Shown: positions 28,881 to 42,340, counted from the stretch's first letter. The stretch: 64,000 nt of DNA from Octopus vulgaris (GCA_951406725.2 OX597815.1:132556001-132620000), one strand, 5' to 3'. A program made the numbers and translations. The notes: generated by a model from the letters alone, not told the origin.

Positions 28881-29237
28881 TAAGTAATTAAGGGGGATCT
28901 CAGTAAAAACACAGCACTTAAAAGGCAAACACAGACAGGTAAGAAAGAAAGAATGAAATGACGGCAATCCATCATGCAATTTTAAGTTACCTAGTCTGTG
29001 TTTGCCTTTTAAGTGCTATGTTTTTACTGAGATCCCCCTTTTAGTAGAAGGAATAGCTATATCTCTTTGACTGCTATTTCTAAATTCGGTGTGTTGGTGA
29101 GGCAATTCGTTGCTAAACCCTTAATTACTTAGTATTACTTAAATTTTCCCCGAATGGGGCTTTTACATACCGAAATCTACTTGGTGTAATTGATAATTAT
29201 CCCTAATTAATTAATTTCACCCTTTTATTATTACTGA
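28878..29237. repeat. Fold-back element between (TA)n arrays
   Basis: Arms 28890-28942 and 28987-29040 are about 53-bp near-perfect inverted repeats. tactaagtaattaaggg (28878) also recurs inverted near 29118-29134. Confidence 0.8.
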
Positions 29238-30631
29238 TATATATATATATATATATAATCATCTATGTCAAGTATCAAGTGTCAGGAATAGATTTACATT
29301 ATGACTAATATGAGTTGGTGTCTCGAAGCTAATCGGAAAAGCAGTCAGTGATACATTTATTCACATGATAATTAATTCTACATGCACACATGTTTTCATA
29401 AACAGAGACGCAGTTTTATTGTAATTGATTCAATGGCAAATTCTTTAGATAATAAAGACAAACAAAAATCCAGGATTTACAGGTTAATAATCGTGAAATG
29501 CCATGGATTAATAGATCAATGACTTGTGTTCAATGACAATACAATCCTACTAGTAATTCAGGAGAAAGTCACTGGCAATATTTAGTTCCATCACGAAGAA
29601 ATACGATTTTGAACACAATATTTAAACCGATTCAATGATTCAGTCTGTAGCCACTCTAACTGCTATGAAGAGCAACCATTTCATTCTGAAATCAGTCGTA
29701 TTGTCTAACAACGGTGACATTGAACTTGTTCTTTGAACATGAAATCTGCAAAAAATATGAGATGGTCAAAGCTTGACCATAGTACTGCAGGATCACGTTG
29801 TACCTGGAGTACAACTATACAAATAACTATGCAAATAAGGCAAGAAGAGCAATAATGAGATAACAGGAATAATATTGTAATAGCAATAATGATGTTTTGA
29901 ATTTTGATATAAAAATATAACTAAAAATATTGCTAAAATATATGAAAGGAATAAATGCGCAAAACACCTGCGTGGTAGATGCGGTACATGTAGTCTACCT
30001 TTGTAAGGTTAGCAGATTCATGCTTTAGTAATAATATCTTAGATGGGCACAAACCAGCTAAGATGAAAGATAGCTGCAGCCGATTAGGTCAACTATACCA
30101 TACTGATGTTATTTATTTGATAAACCTCGGAAGGATGAAATGCAAAGTTCAATTTGGCTGGAGGCGAACACAACTTTAAGCAACACAACTAAATTTAACT
30201 GCGTAAAAATTCAGTCAATCCACTGCCTTCAAAAAAGCAATAATATTGATTGATTCTATTATTATTCTTGAAGTAAGAATATTACTAATGATGAATATCA
30301 TTGCTAATTAGTGATACAGACAAATTACCCCTGTAAAAATAGCAGAGCGCAATTAGATAAAATAATACCAAAGAATGTGTAAACTAGGTAGCTTCTACAC
30401 TGTTGCTACACCAACCACAAACGGCTGTCAAATCTTGGAGACGAAGACAAAGCCTCAATGCAGCCGCTGTAATTACTAAGAAAAGCCGCCAAACTTCCTA
30501 TAAATTACTTCCTACTGTTTTAAAAACAGGAAAGCATAGTTAGCTGTAATCCTTCCGCTTATGAAACGGGTACACTACAGTTTTGCATTGTTGACCATAC
30601 GTATTCATTTATATTGTATATAGAAGTCAGC

Positions 30632-30826
30632 TAGCTGGCAGAATCGTTAGCACACCGGACAAAATGCTTAGCGGTATTAATCCGGCTTCAGGTTGTGTTC
30701 AAATTACGCCGGCTCTGCTTTCATCGCTTTGCAGTCGATAAAATACACAGCAGTTGAGCACTTGTGTTGATTAATCGACTAGCATTTCATCACAAAATTT
30801 CTTCTTTTGTGCCTACAGTGGAAACA
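30632..30826 (+). mobile_element. SINE family B copy, degenerate
   Basis: agctggcagaatcgttagcacaccggacaaaatgcttagcggtatt..ctttcatc..gtcgataaaata..cagttgagcac. Confidence 0.75.
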
Positions 30827-33740
30827 ATAATATATACATAGGAACATAACTGGCTTTTAGATCTTGCTCTACAAACCATTTATCTACTTAATAAAATATA
30901 TTCAACACTTTAAAATAACATATGCCCTCTGAATTTGAAATTTAATCTCTAATATTTATAAATTAGTGGAAAATACAATCTAGGTTGTACACAGAAATTC
31001 ATTACAATATATATATATACAATATTAAGAACTATACGTGATTTCAAATTCTAATGATTAAAATACTTTCATTTTCTTTATGATATTGATGTCGTCACGT
31101 TCTGCTTTGTGAAACTTTCTTTCAACATGTATTCTATACAGAAAGCGCTCAATTTTAGATTTTGTGTACAGAACGCCAATAATATATTTAAAAATATATT
31201 TCTGTCATGTAGATGTTTTTATTATTATATGTATTTATGGTATTTTACTTTTGTACTTCCTGGCCTTACGTGATTCATTTAACATTTTCTTCTTAATTTC
31301 GTAACGTTTTACCGCATGGCATATTATAAATATAATACTTATCAATATTTGTAGATGTATTTTATATAAATGTGGCATTTTCATTGCATGTTACACACAA
31401 CAACAAAAAATTACAACAAAAAATAATACGCAGCATATGAGAGAAAAAATACAAATGAAGGATTTCTTTCTTTGCTGAAAATGATTGTAAATAAGAGATA
31501 TTTTCGACGAGCCCAATAAACGTCATGCGGTAAAGGTTTAAAGCGGTGTGGAGAGGACTGTACATTTCAGTGGTTGTGGTTCAGGCAATCTGATAAGCAC
31601 AGGCAAGTCCTAATGAGCTTCTCGATTGCTTCTCCTTTACTTTTGTCGTTGTTTAGCTATTTCAATTCTATAGCCAACCTCCGACAAAGGTTGTGGAAAA
31701 GTCCCCGAAACATCAATAGAATGCCTGACGAAGAAAGGGATGGTGAGTAATATACGTAATGTAATTAATATTTAATCTCAAATAATGAACCCAATTTTTT
31801 TATAAAATTGATTCTTCATATTTATAGAAAACCTTTATTTATATTTGCTACAAAAAGTTAATGAGATATGTATAAATTGAAAAGTTTAAAACAATCTATA
31901 ACAATTGTTGAACAAATAGCGAGTTTAGCATTTATTTTCTCAAGAACATTTAAACATCTTTAGTACCCAGCTGAAGACTTCGACATTGAAATGAGTAGTC
32001 TTATAACGAATTTGTTGACGATGTTCAGTAGAGTATACTGAAAAGTAGGAGTTCAAGAGCAAAACTGTCTCTAAACAAAAAAAGATAGAGATAGTTGATA
32101 GATTATCCTAGAAACACTAAGTAATACATTTATGGACATACCTGCATATAAAATTCGAAATTTTGGATGTAAAATCAAATACATACGGGTAAGGTAAGAA
32201 ATATGCAATTGTTCTATTTATATCCGGCAGTGCTTCATTGAGTAGTATTTGAATTTTTAATACTATATAAATATATATAACCTTATAATTGTTACGTATC
32301 TCTCAGATTTTGCATTCTCCAAAGAGCAATGTAATGTTTAATTAGAGGCACTCTAATTTTCGTTTTCAGTTCATTTAAAATGAAGGTGAATTAAAAATTT
32401 GTTTTTATATCAGAAGTATTTTTAAATTACTGTAGTTGTAGTCTATCGATTTTTAAACATAATGCTAATATTCGAAGCTATCTGATATGTTCTACTTTGC
32501 ATTGTATGAAATGTAAAACTTTTCCTGGCCACAAGCGCGACATAAAATCAGCTTGATGGTCAACTGTGTAGAATATTAGTTATAATGTTTGACGCATAAT
32601 ATCTCTAATGTCACTTTGTTGATCACTAAAATGTAATGAGTAGAACTAGGCTGTACAACGCTTCACTGGTTTGAAGTGACACTGCAGTCTGTTCGATGAA
32701 ATATCTTGTCGACTATGTCACATTCTTCCAGTAACAATTATTCATATCTCCCCGATATCCGCGGTCCATTTCACTGGTTTCGTGAACTGGGAACAATTGA
32801 AAATCAATTATTAATATTTACTCGCTGTTGAACACACAGGTTCAGCAACCGAAGAATGAAGCTTTCAGCCGAGAAAATATGTTGGATTATCTAGATCAAA
32901 GTATACATTGAAGACACGGAGACCATATTATATTGAATATGCAAAGACAGATTAATTCTTAACAGGTTCAAAAATGTTTAAGCTTGAGGTCTTCAGATTT
33001 AGTTTGGCAATATGAAATTCAATATCTGAAATGAATCATCTCATTGAGGAGACATGGTAAATTATGTGCAACATAATTTCGATATCATTTCATAGAGAGT
33101 ATAAATTCATTCTGTATATAAAATTCATTTTTGGCTCACTTTAATTTAACTTAAATTATACTCCATTATACCGAATTATTTCTTGTGTTCTGTAATGAAG
33201 TACTTAATTTATATTACAAGGAAATCAGAAAACTACAGGCAAAATGTACTTTACAAGATTTAAACAAACATCAGTTATGAGAAATAGCTTAGAGTGACCA
33301 AAGTCATTTGAATGGCTTAGACCGGTATATTAGATACAACACAAATTCGTGATTCATTAAAATTCCACCTCTAGAACTTGTGTTATAATTACCAAATGGT
33401 AACTAAGACCAGCTCTATATATGAAGGTGAAATAATTTCAAGAACCAAAGATTTCTTCAAAGCTGACGTGCTATTAATTCGAAGGACAAGCTTTTTGTCA
33501 GACGATAAGGAGATATTCATATATGCCTTTATTACTTTACATATCTCAATATATATTCTTATCCATATGTTTGTTATGTTTTCGTTTCTCCCTATTTTTT
33601 TTTATTTTTTTGAACAGATTTTAATTCCCAGCCTAAATAATCTCATAAGACGCTTTTAAGGCCATCCTTAAGAAAGGCTAATATTTTGAGGCTGATATTC
33701 CATTTAATCTTTGTGTTTGTTCATATACTCTTTGTTACAG

Positions 33741-33809
33741 ATGGGCAAGACTCTCTTCAAATCCATGGTACACTTATCGAAGGAACACATTTGGAGATTT
33801 ACTAAAAAG
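33741..33809 (+). CDS. Coding exon 3 of the precursor: (R)WARLSSNPWYTYRRNTFGDLLK(R)
   Basis: Acceptor ctctttgttacag (AG 33739-33740). Phase-2 entry completes AGA to give KR. 69-nt symmetric phase-2/2 exon ending again in K plus a split Arg. Donor AG|GTTCGG at 33810 is weaker than consensus. Confidence 0.78.
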
Positions 33810-34057
33810 GTTCGGTTATTTTGATGCTATTTTTATACGATCAAAGATATGTTAGTCTAACTCGAAATATAAATGTTATCCACACAAACGCATACACACA
33901 CATAGACATACGCGCTCATGTGCACGCATACACACATACATACATACATACGCACATATGTATATATACATATATATATACACATATATATGCAATATGT
34001 ATATACATATATATGTAAATATATATATATATATTTATATATATATGTGTATATACA

Positions 34058-34129
<72 letters not shown>

Positions 34130-36205
34130 AGCCGAAATACCTGGTATTTCTCAGGATTGAACTTCGGGAATTAACTTCAATGAAGCAAAGTCATTTTAAT
34201 TAAGGTATAGAAAAGATTCCTCATAAAAAAAAATGAACGGTGGAAATTTGCGGATTAGGCAGCCTAAGAATGTTCTCGCCCCCCCCCCCCGTCGAAAATG
34301 TTTCTCCGGAATACTTTTAAAAGTAGATGATTACGATTCTGACAATACATTTTCTATAAATTATTTTCAAGAATTTATACTTCTTTTAATTCGTACCTTC
34401 ACACTAACCTCGAATCATAAACACTATCTGTTTATCTTAATCAGGAATCATTATCGTAAACCCTGACACTAAACTTAAAATCTAAACTATTGCTCAAAAC
34501 ATTTATAACCCATACCCAAAACACCATAACTGCTAACCATAACTGTAAAACGAGCCCTTAACTGAAACTCTAAATTTTCCTTCTAATTGTGTCCTATAGC
34601 CTACCTGCTAAGCCAAGATTGTAAATTAAGGCATTACGTACTTTTAAAATCATAATTTTCAGTATTGGGAATATTATTCTCTTAACAAACTTTGCGAAAA
34701 AAAACTTCGTAAAACAAAATGCTTACGGCCGCGTATCTACTGTGTGAAATGTAGAACACGGATAAAAAATAAAGTAGAGAAATCTGAAAATTTAAAACAA
34801 AAATGTGTTCTAAAATTGTAATCTCTGGTGAGTTAACAATGACATTTGTTTTTAGTGGGTATGAGATATAATTATAACGCGGTGTGTATTTGTTTGGAAA
34901 GGACCCCAAGTATGTAATGCCACGGACGGATAAATGTACTAATTTCGAGCTATGAAACAATTGTAGAGAGTCCATATTCCACAGTGATCAATTGGAAATT
35001 ATTCACTGCGGTCTGTAGTTGTGTATTGGCAGTGGTAGAATGAGAGCATCCAGGGGTTTGAAAAATTCGCTGAGGGAGATCACCGTGGGTTTACGATCTG
35101 GAAAACAAAATTCGCGACAGATAAACATGTATATTAGAATTCAACTGTTTATACCCACCATATTTTTAATGCCCGACACTAAATCCGGAGGAATTCGGGC
35201 ATTTCAGGCCACACACACGCACATATCCATATATACATATACAGACATACAAACACATATTTATATACACACACACGTATCTATATGTATTTATATATAT
35301 AATGTAAACTTGTATGTAACACGTCTATTGTATATTCATTCACCATATAGCTGTATATGTACGCATGTGTGTCTGTGTTTGTGTGTGAGCGTATGTGTGT
35401 AATATACATAATTTTGTGTGTGCAGATGTATATATATATAGCTATATATATATGTACATATATATATATACATAGAGATATATACGCATATATATACATA
35501 TTTGTGTATATATATATGTGTGTGTATGTGTGTGTGCGTATGTGTGTGTGTATGCGTGTGTATATATACTCACACACATATAAGAGGCATTCTGATACAC
35601 ATAAGTCATTATCATTTGTTCCTACGTTCGTTTCACTCTGATAAACTGTTTGAAACTCAGTATTGGATATTCCACGAGGGGTTGGATGCTTGACCATAAC
35701 GGATCGTCAAGAGAACACTTTAATGCATTATGTTACGCTGTGGTTACCTATCCAAATGCATTTGAAACATCAAAGGCAGTGTTCTAAACACACACACTGG
35801 GAAGGATGCGTAGGAACAAATTATATAAGTGTTTTATCGTAGTGACTCTGTACATTGTAACTAGTAATACAAAACAGTAATAGTTAAAAACCTATACTGG
35901 AAACAAAGTGGCTGATAAATACATCGCACACCTCTGAACTCAACATTAGCAGTCATACATCTATTTGTAGACACAAGATATTATATACATATATATATAT
36001 ATATATATATGTATGTATATATATATATATATATACACATACACATGTATGTATGAGTGTTAGTATTTATGTATGTATGCATATTACAAATATTTTTATA
36101 ACATATACATTACACGTGAAAGTTTATAAAAATATTTTTATGTGACGTAGATTATTTAATATGGAAGTGTTATTTTTGACTATCATATACAAAATACTAT
36201 TTGTA

Positions 36206-36266
<61 letters not shown>

Positions 36267-36639
36267 TGAATGTATGTGTGAGAGTGTATTCACATAGTTC
36301 TATCTAGTTTTATATATGTACATGCATACGCATGTATACACACCAATAATTAAAAAAACTTTATATATATATATTTGTGCGCGAATGTGTACATGTGTGG
36401 GTGTTAGCCACGCCACTGCTATTTATTTCAATAGGCTCATGTATGATTATCTAAATTGCGTGATATGGAAAGCTTTTCCATATCAATAGCTATCCGTGGG
36501 AAGTTGATGTCTATTTTCCCTAATTTACTCTGTATTACATTCTAACATGCAGGTTGTCTGTTAAGTAAGATATAGTTTTTTTTATATATATGTACATATA
36601 TCTATATATACATATACATTTATACATACATGCATACAT

Positions 36640-36687
<48 letters not shown>

Positions 36688-36709
36688 GTGTGTATGTATA
36701 TATATATAC

Positions 36710-36755
<46 letters not shown>

Positions 36756-38637
36756 GGGGGGGGTAATGAAAAATCTAAGTCAACAGGTAATAATAAAACG
36801 CTGAAAATTGCAGCGCCAAATGGCTTTATCCTTTTTCTTTTCCTTGGCGCTTGTTTCATAACATCTCCATTAATGGATACTTTTCTTAAGTTGACTGAAA
36901 ATATGAACTACAGTGCTATATGATGATTTATAGTGAAATATATTAGCAACTAATGGTGTGGGGGTGGCACTTCCCCACAGCACTAGAAAATATAGTTGTC
37001 AGTGTGCACTTCATTTTACTTTGCGTATAAATATGTGTTTGTGTGTTTCTGTGCAAGCATGTTTTGTGTCTGTGTATGTCAGTGTGTATGTATGTTTGTA
37101 TGAGCCTTTGTGTCTCTACATGAAAATTACATATACTCTTATGCTAATAAGAAAATGTACAATTAAAAAAAAGTAAATATCTGATATATCTATAAGGGTG
37201 CAGGTCTACCGAATGCACCATTGTGTATAAATGTATTCGTTGAACCTTATTGGATGTCATTTTCATTTATCTCACGATATTTATTATAACTACCTCTTGT
37301 GAACATAGTGATTTACAAACTGCCGTCATTAAATGATTTTTCAGTGAAAATTGTGAAATAAACCTTCTAAAGTTTTTGTACCTAGTGTGTACTTCATATA
37401 TATATATACAGTTAAATAAGACTTAGATACTAACACAGTTAGCTTCACTACCAACAATTCTCTCTTTCAAACAGAATGAATGGATATTTACAACTGATTT
37501 CAATTCTACCAATCGTTATTATATAAACTGGTTTCATTATCTAAACGTATGTTTCCTTGTAACTAGTTCAATGAAAATAGTAATGGACAAAATGTTTGTC
37601 TTGCTGCGTAAAGGAAAACAAGATTGGTGAAATGAATATGTTCGTTGCTTAGACCACAATCCATCACCTGTGGCAGAATTGAAACTCATTCTTCTTCAAT
37701 GAAACCAACATTTTTGTAACACTGCCATAAATCTGCCTCGTTATTGATATGCAATTACATCTAGAGATGCATTCAAGATACTTATTTAAATTTCCCATTC
37801 AATCCACGTACTGCAAATGCAAAGTAAATTGCATGCAATATTTACTTACTAGTTATGCCTACGTTGGTGAAAGTTTAATGGTTTTTCTTGAAATACACAA
37901 GCTGTTCTCTAAATTCAAATGTCGATTTATAGTCATAACATATTAGAGAAACGAGTTGGAACAACATTTTGAAATCCAAGAGAAATTTTTATGCCATTTT
38001 AGCAAGCATCGTTAAGCACTGAATAGGCTCCGGACGAATCGGCATCCGAGTTAGAAGCAATTCAATTTATGTACGTTCCTAATAACCTTGAGAGATGAGT
38101 GAACGTTATCATCACATTTCCTCTCACTGAACATTTTTTTTCCTTCTAAGCAAAAGATTAATAACGTGCAGAAAGATATAGAATAGAAGTAACCTCCCAA
38201 TGAGTAAATTAATGGCGAGATTTCAATTTCTGCTAAAAAAGACATCACACTACACATATGATGATAAAATACAGAAGCTTACAACAGATAGAAGCCAAAA
38301 GTAAATCGGTGTTCATGAATTAGTGCGCAATTCTTAGTTCCATTTGTACAGGAGACAATTGTTATTTCTTTCTACAGATTCAATAAATGCTTTTTATGAT
38401 CCATATTGATATATATATATATATATATATTTGGTCTTGTGCTTAGGAAAAAATGAATATATATTTGTTATTGTATTTTTGTTTCAAGTTGCTTTATGTA
38501 ATTTCGATTTTTTCGATTATAAATACATATGTGCAATGTTCCTTTTGCTATTTTCTATATCCCCATTTTTTTCATTCGTCTTACGCTTCACCTGTTGTTT
38601 TCATCCTGACCAAGTGGCTAATATCTTTCTATTGCAG

Positions 38638-38674
38638 GTGGGGATGGGCTGGTCGTTCGTCACATCCATGGTAA
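38638..38674 (+). CDS. Coding exon 4 (probably terminal) of the precursor: (R)WGWAGRSSHPW*
   Basis: Branch-like ctaat about 18 nt upstream, acceptor atctttctattgcag (AG 38636-38637). Phase-2 entry completes AGG. Peptide clearly homologous to that of exon 3. TAA at 38672-38674, which is also the end of track ORF 38453..38674. Confidence 0.78.
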
Positions 38675-39476
38675 TCACACATTTTCGTGATGTAATAACT
38701 CTTACCACTTTAAATACAATCTTCCAAGACGACATTTGAATATTATTATTTTCTTTCCTACACGAAATTGACCTTTGACCTCAAACTAAATAATAACATA
38801 TATTTAAGATATAACAAACACTTTAAACTACCCGCTGGAGACCACAATTGATTTTGACTTTTAATTGACACAAGTTAAATTTACTTGCGTTGCAAATAGC
38901 TTTAATATAGACAAATGAGACGAAAGCTTATTTCTCTTAAACTATACGACTTGTGCAAATATTAAAATAGAAGCTAATACATAGAAAATAATAAACAAAC
39001 GAGAAATTCAAATTATTAAAATACAGCTTTCAGTGTATTTCTAATATAATTCTATAAAATTAAACAAAAGAATTACCTCATTTTATTTTAAATCAGTTTT
39101 TGAATAACAATATTCAACATTTATCATACAAATGCATCTATCTCCACGATAGAGCTTATCTTCACTACGATGTGTAGAGAACCACCTCGAAAACGATTTT
39201 CTATATAGCTTCAAACAACTCAATTAAAAACTAAGACTTAAGGATAGAAACGAAAGATCCTGATAGCAATTCCAACCTAACGACAATGCATGATGAAATA
39301 GATGAAAATTGCTACAAAGACTAATTCATGAAACCATATTCTTTAATTCAACATGGCAAAATATCATTGGGAAATGTTAAAATTTATACTATAAACCACT
39401 TGAATCCCAATTAATTCCTCGGAAGAGAATGAACGAAGAGAATGTTTTTGAGGCAACGCGACCAACCAAAAATAAA
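38675..39476 (+). other. Candidate 3' UTR of the peptide precursor gene
   Basis: Repeat-free AT-rich stretch after the stop codon, with AATAAA at 38990-38995 and 39471-39476. True end unknown. Confidence 0.35.
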
Positions 39477-40412
39477 AGTCAAATCATCCTTATATCACAT
39501 AATGATGTTTAATTCCATGGACGAATCACCCACAACATTGGTTATGCTAACATCAATTCAAATATTAATAGAAAAAATGGTTTAGATGAAATATTACTTG
39601 AATCATTATTTGCAGAGAATGAGTACGCAATTTTGTTTTGTGACAAATGTACTACATACATCAAATCACCATTACTTTATACGCCTCTTTATACTATAGA
39701 TAATTTGAGAGAGATATCTGGCTTAATATTTCTGAGAGATGAGATCCTATTCAGGTATACCACTGGATCCCCTATGTTCTAAATGAATTCTCCATTCAAT
39801 CGAACAGATTTCTCTTTTGTATAATGAAATATATTTCACCACATAGAGCTATTAGATGCCAGAATTTGCACAGCATTGAATTAAATACGTGGAGTATTTA
39901 GTTATGAACTTTCAAGTTTTGTGTACCAATGTAGTTGATATCGACTTTGCCTTTCATAATATAAGAATCAATACATTGGGAAATTTAAAATCGATAGATA
40001 ATGCAAGTAGAAAACACTGCAAGTACGAGAACTGGAAATCTCAGGTCAGACGACAAATGTCATAGAAGTTTAAATAATTTATACGTTTAAAATCATTATC
40101 ATTTAGAACAGATACTAATAATTATGAAGCGAAACCACAAAAGACGCACGGCAAACGAAATGGAGACAACCTTCAAGTACAATAAGATAAAAAAAGGTAA
40201 TCAAAAAATTTCATATATATAGAAGGAATAGAAATCCCATATTAACAGAATACATACATTCTTCGCAGATAGAGGCATTCACTGGGCACAAAGAACAATC
40301 AAATGGAAATTCCAATGGAGCAAAGAATCAAATGCATTTTCTCTGTGCAAACTCCAGTCGACTAGGGTTAAAGTTTCTAAAATAAGCTCAGATACGATTT
40401 AGTCTTCGTATA

Positions 40413-40750
40413 AAAGATGGTCTACAGCAAATATTCTACTCAATACCACAGATTTGCTACTCATTTGTTTGACCTTAACCTGAGCGTGTCCCTTAGGGAA
40501 ACATCATAGACATGTATTGAGAGGTTTTCTTTGGGATTTAAATATTTCATCTCTGGAAACATGTATGTTTCATTCGTCATATTTAAACAACCCTTATTCT
40601 GGGACCTTTTGAACAGGATGGGATATTCGACGTCCATAAACGTCTAACTGATCCCCAACCGCAAGACCATGCACTGATTGTATTGATATGAGATCACCGC
40701 GTCGCACACTTATGCTTGTTATGCATGTGTCTGATGTACTCTAATCAGGC
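40413..40750 (+). mobile_element. Family C non-coding retroposon, partial
   Basis: aaagatgg.ctacagcaaatattct.ctcaataccacagatttg..., shared with the 43498, 44152 and 50550 copies. Confidence 0.75.
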
Positions 40751-40824
40751 GGCTGGTACTTTATTTGAAGATGCAAAGAAGCAACGAGCCGGTGTATTGT
40801 CTGACTCTCAAGCGAATGTGTCTC

Positions 40825-41945
40825 ACAAATTTAGGAATAAAGCCAAGGAGCTGGACGGCGGGTGTTAGCCGATTACATCGAAACAGGACTTGATTTATAT
40901 ATTATTTTACTGACCTCTGAAGAATGAAAAGCAAACGTGACTAGTTGAGAACTGAACTCAAAATTTTAATTGCTGGAACGAATGCTGCAAACAATTTTCT
41001 ACGACGTTCCAGCGATTTTACCGAATCATTCTTAATTTAGGCAAAAGGCTAGCAACTTTGTGCAGAGCTTACCCGATTACACTGAACCCTTTATTTGACT
41101 ACCACTTTATGTTATTGAGACAAGAGAAAGTGAAATATTTGACATCTACGGAATTTGAAATGAAATTATAAAACGATGTCAGAAATAACGTAACATATAT
41201 TGTGTGACGCTCTTATGACGTTCCCTGAAGAAAACATTTGTGATTTGAAATCAGGACATGAAGAGTCGTAACAAATATTGCAAGGCATTTATTCTTATAC
41301 TTCCAATAATCCATCGCCAAAACTATATCTTACATTGGTACAGAGGTAGAAACTCGGAAGAAGATATTAGGCGATTAACCAGACCTCAGTTGTTGATGAG
41401 CACTTTATCTTACCGACTACTAAAAGGTGAAAAGCAATGTTACTCTAGTCGGAATTTAAAATCTCAAACTTTAATGGAAATTTTCTGTAGAGAAGAACCA
41501 TAATAATAATTTCAAATTGTGGTACAAGGCAAGCAATTGTAAGGGAGGAGTTACGTCGACTACATCGACCCCCATTGCTCAACTGGTACTCATTTTATCG
41601 ACTCCAAAAGAAGAAAAGTCGACCTCGACGGAATTTGAACTCAGAAAATAGCGCGGACAAAATGCCGCAAAGTATTTTATCCGGCGTGCTAGCGTTTCTG
41701 CCAGCTGATCGTCTAACGAAGAACCACAGCATTAATATTAATCCTTTCTAATTTTGGCACAAGGTCAACAGTTTTGATGGCAAAGGAAGTCAATTACATC
41801 GACCACATCACCTTAAATACTATTTATTTTATCTATCCTGAAAGGATGAATCACGTAGTCGACCTTGGCGTAATTTGAATTGAAAACATAAAGCCGCAAG
41901 AAAAGCAGCCAAGCTTTTTGTTCGATGTGATAACAATTCCGCGAC
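40825..41945 (-). mobile_element. Head-to-tail cluster of about 5 variably decayed SINE family B copies
   Basis: Recurrent ..caagg....cgattacatcga..tactt/attttat..ga..aaag..ggaatttgaa modules near 40825, 41035, 41330, 41510 and 41745. Confidence 0.65.
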
Positions 41946-42011
41946 GAAAACGATGATAATGATAATGATAATAAGACTATCTTTATTATTATCATTATTA
42001 TTATTTTCTCT

Positions 42012-42340
42012 TTGTCACAGGTTTTGTTGGAGCTCCTGGAGTCTTGCATACGTAGCAGTCTTACTACCTGTGACCATGCTATTCGTTTTTTTTTTTCGGC
42101 TATCTAATACTTTCCTGATTATTCTGGCTATACAAAAGAAGCAAACCTTTTGTAACAGTTCTACTGGGCACTCTATTCCTATTTCCATTATATTCCTCTT
42201 CATGCCTTCTGCTACTGTTCCCAAGGACCCAACAACAATTGGCACTATCTTCACTTTCTTCATTTTCCATAGCCTGGCTTGGCTATTACGTACTTAAAAG
42301 GGTTGTATCTATCTAACTTTTCGCCTTCCTTCTTGAATAT
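42012..42340 (-). mobile_element. R4/Dong-type LINE extreme 3' end
   Basis: ORF MKKVKIVPIVVGSLGTVAEG..IECPVELLQKVCFFCIARIIRKVLDS. Inverted homolog at about 51300-51620. Confidence 0.85.

Noticed and set aside
31971-32041. Exon-like acidic frame (A)EDFDIEMSSLITNLLTMFSRVY*
   Set aside because: Weak acceptor, no phase-compatible donor, and no supporting motif.
33741-33809. Alternative frames of exon 3 (MGKTLFKSMVHLSKEHIWRFTKK; DGQDSLQIHGTLIEGTHLEIY*)
   Set aside because: Open by chance over a short span. Only the phase-2 frame joins exon 2, creates KR at both ends and matches the exon 4 peptide.
34400-34580. Telomere-like (CCCTAA)-type degenerate run
   Set aside because: Too degenerate to call interstitial telomeric sequence; more likely the interior of an old repeat.
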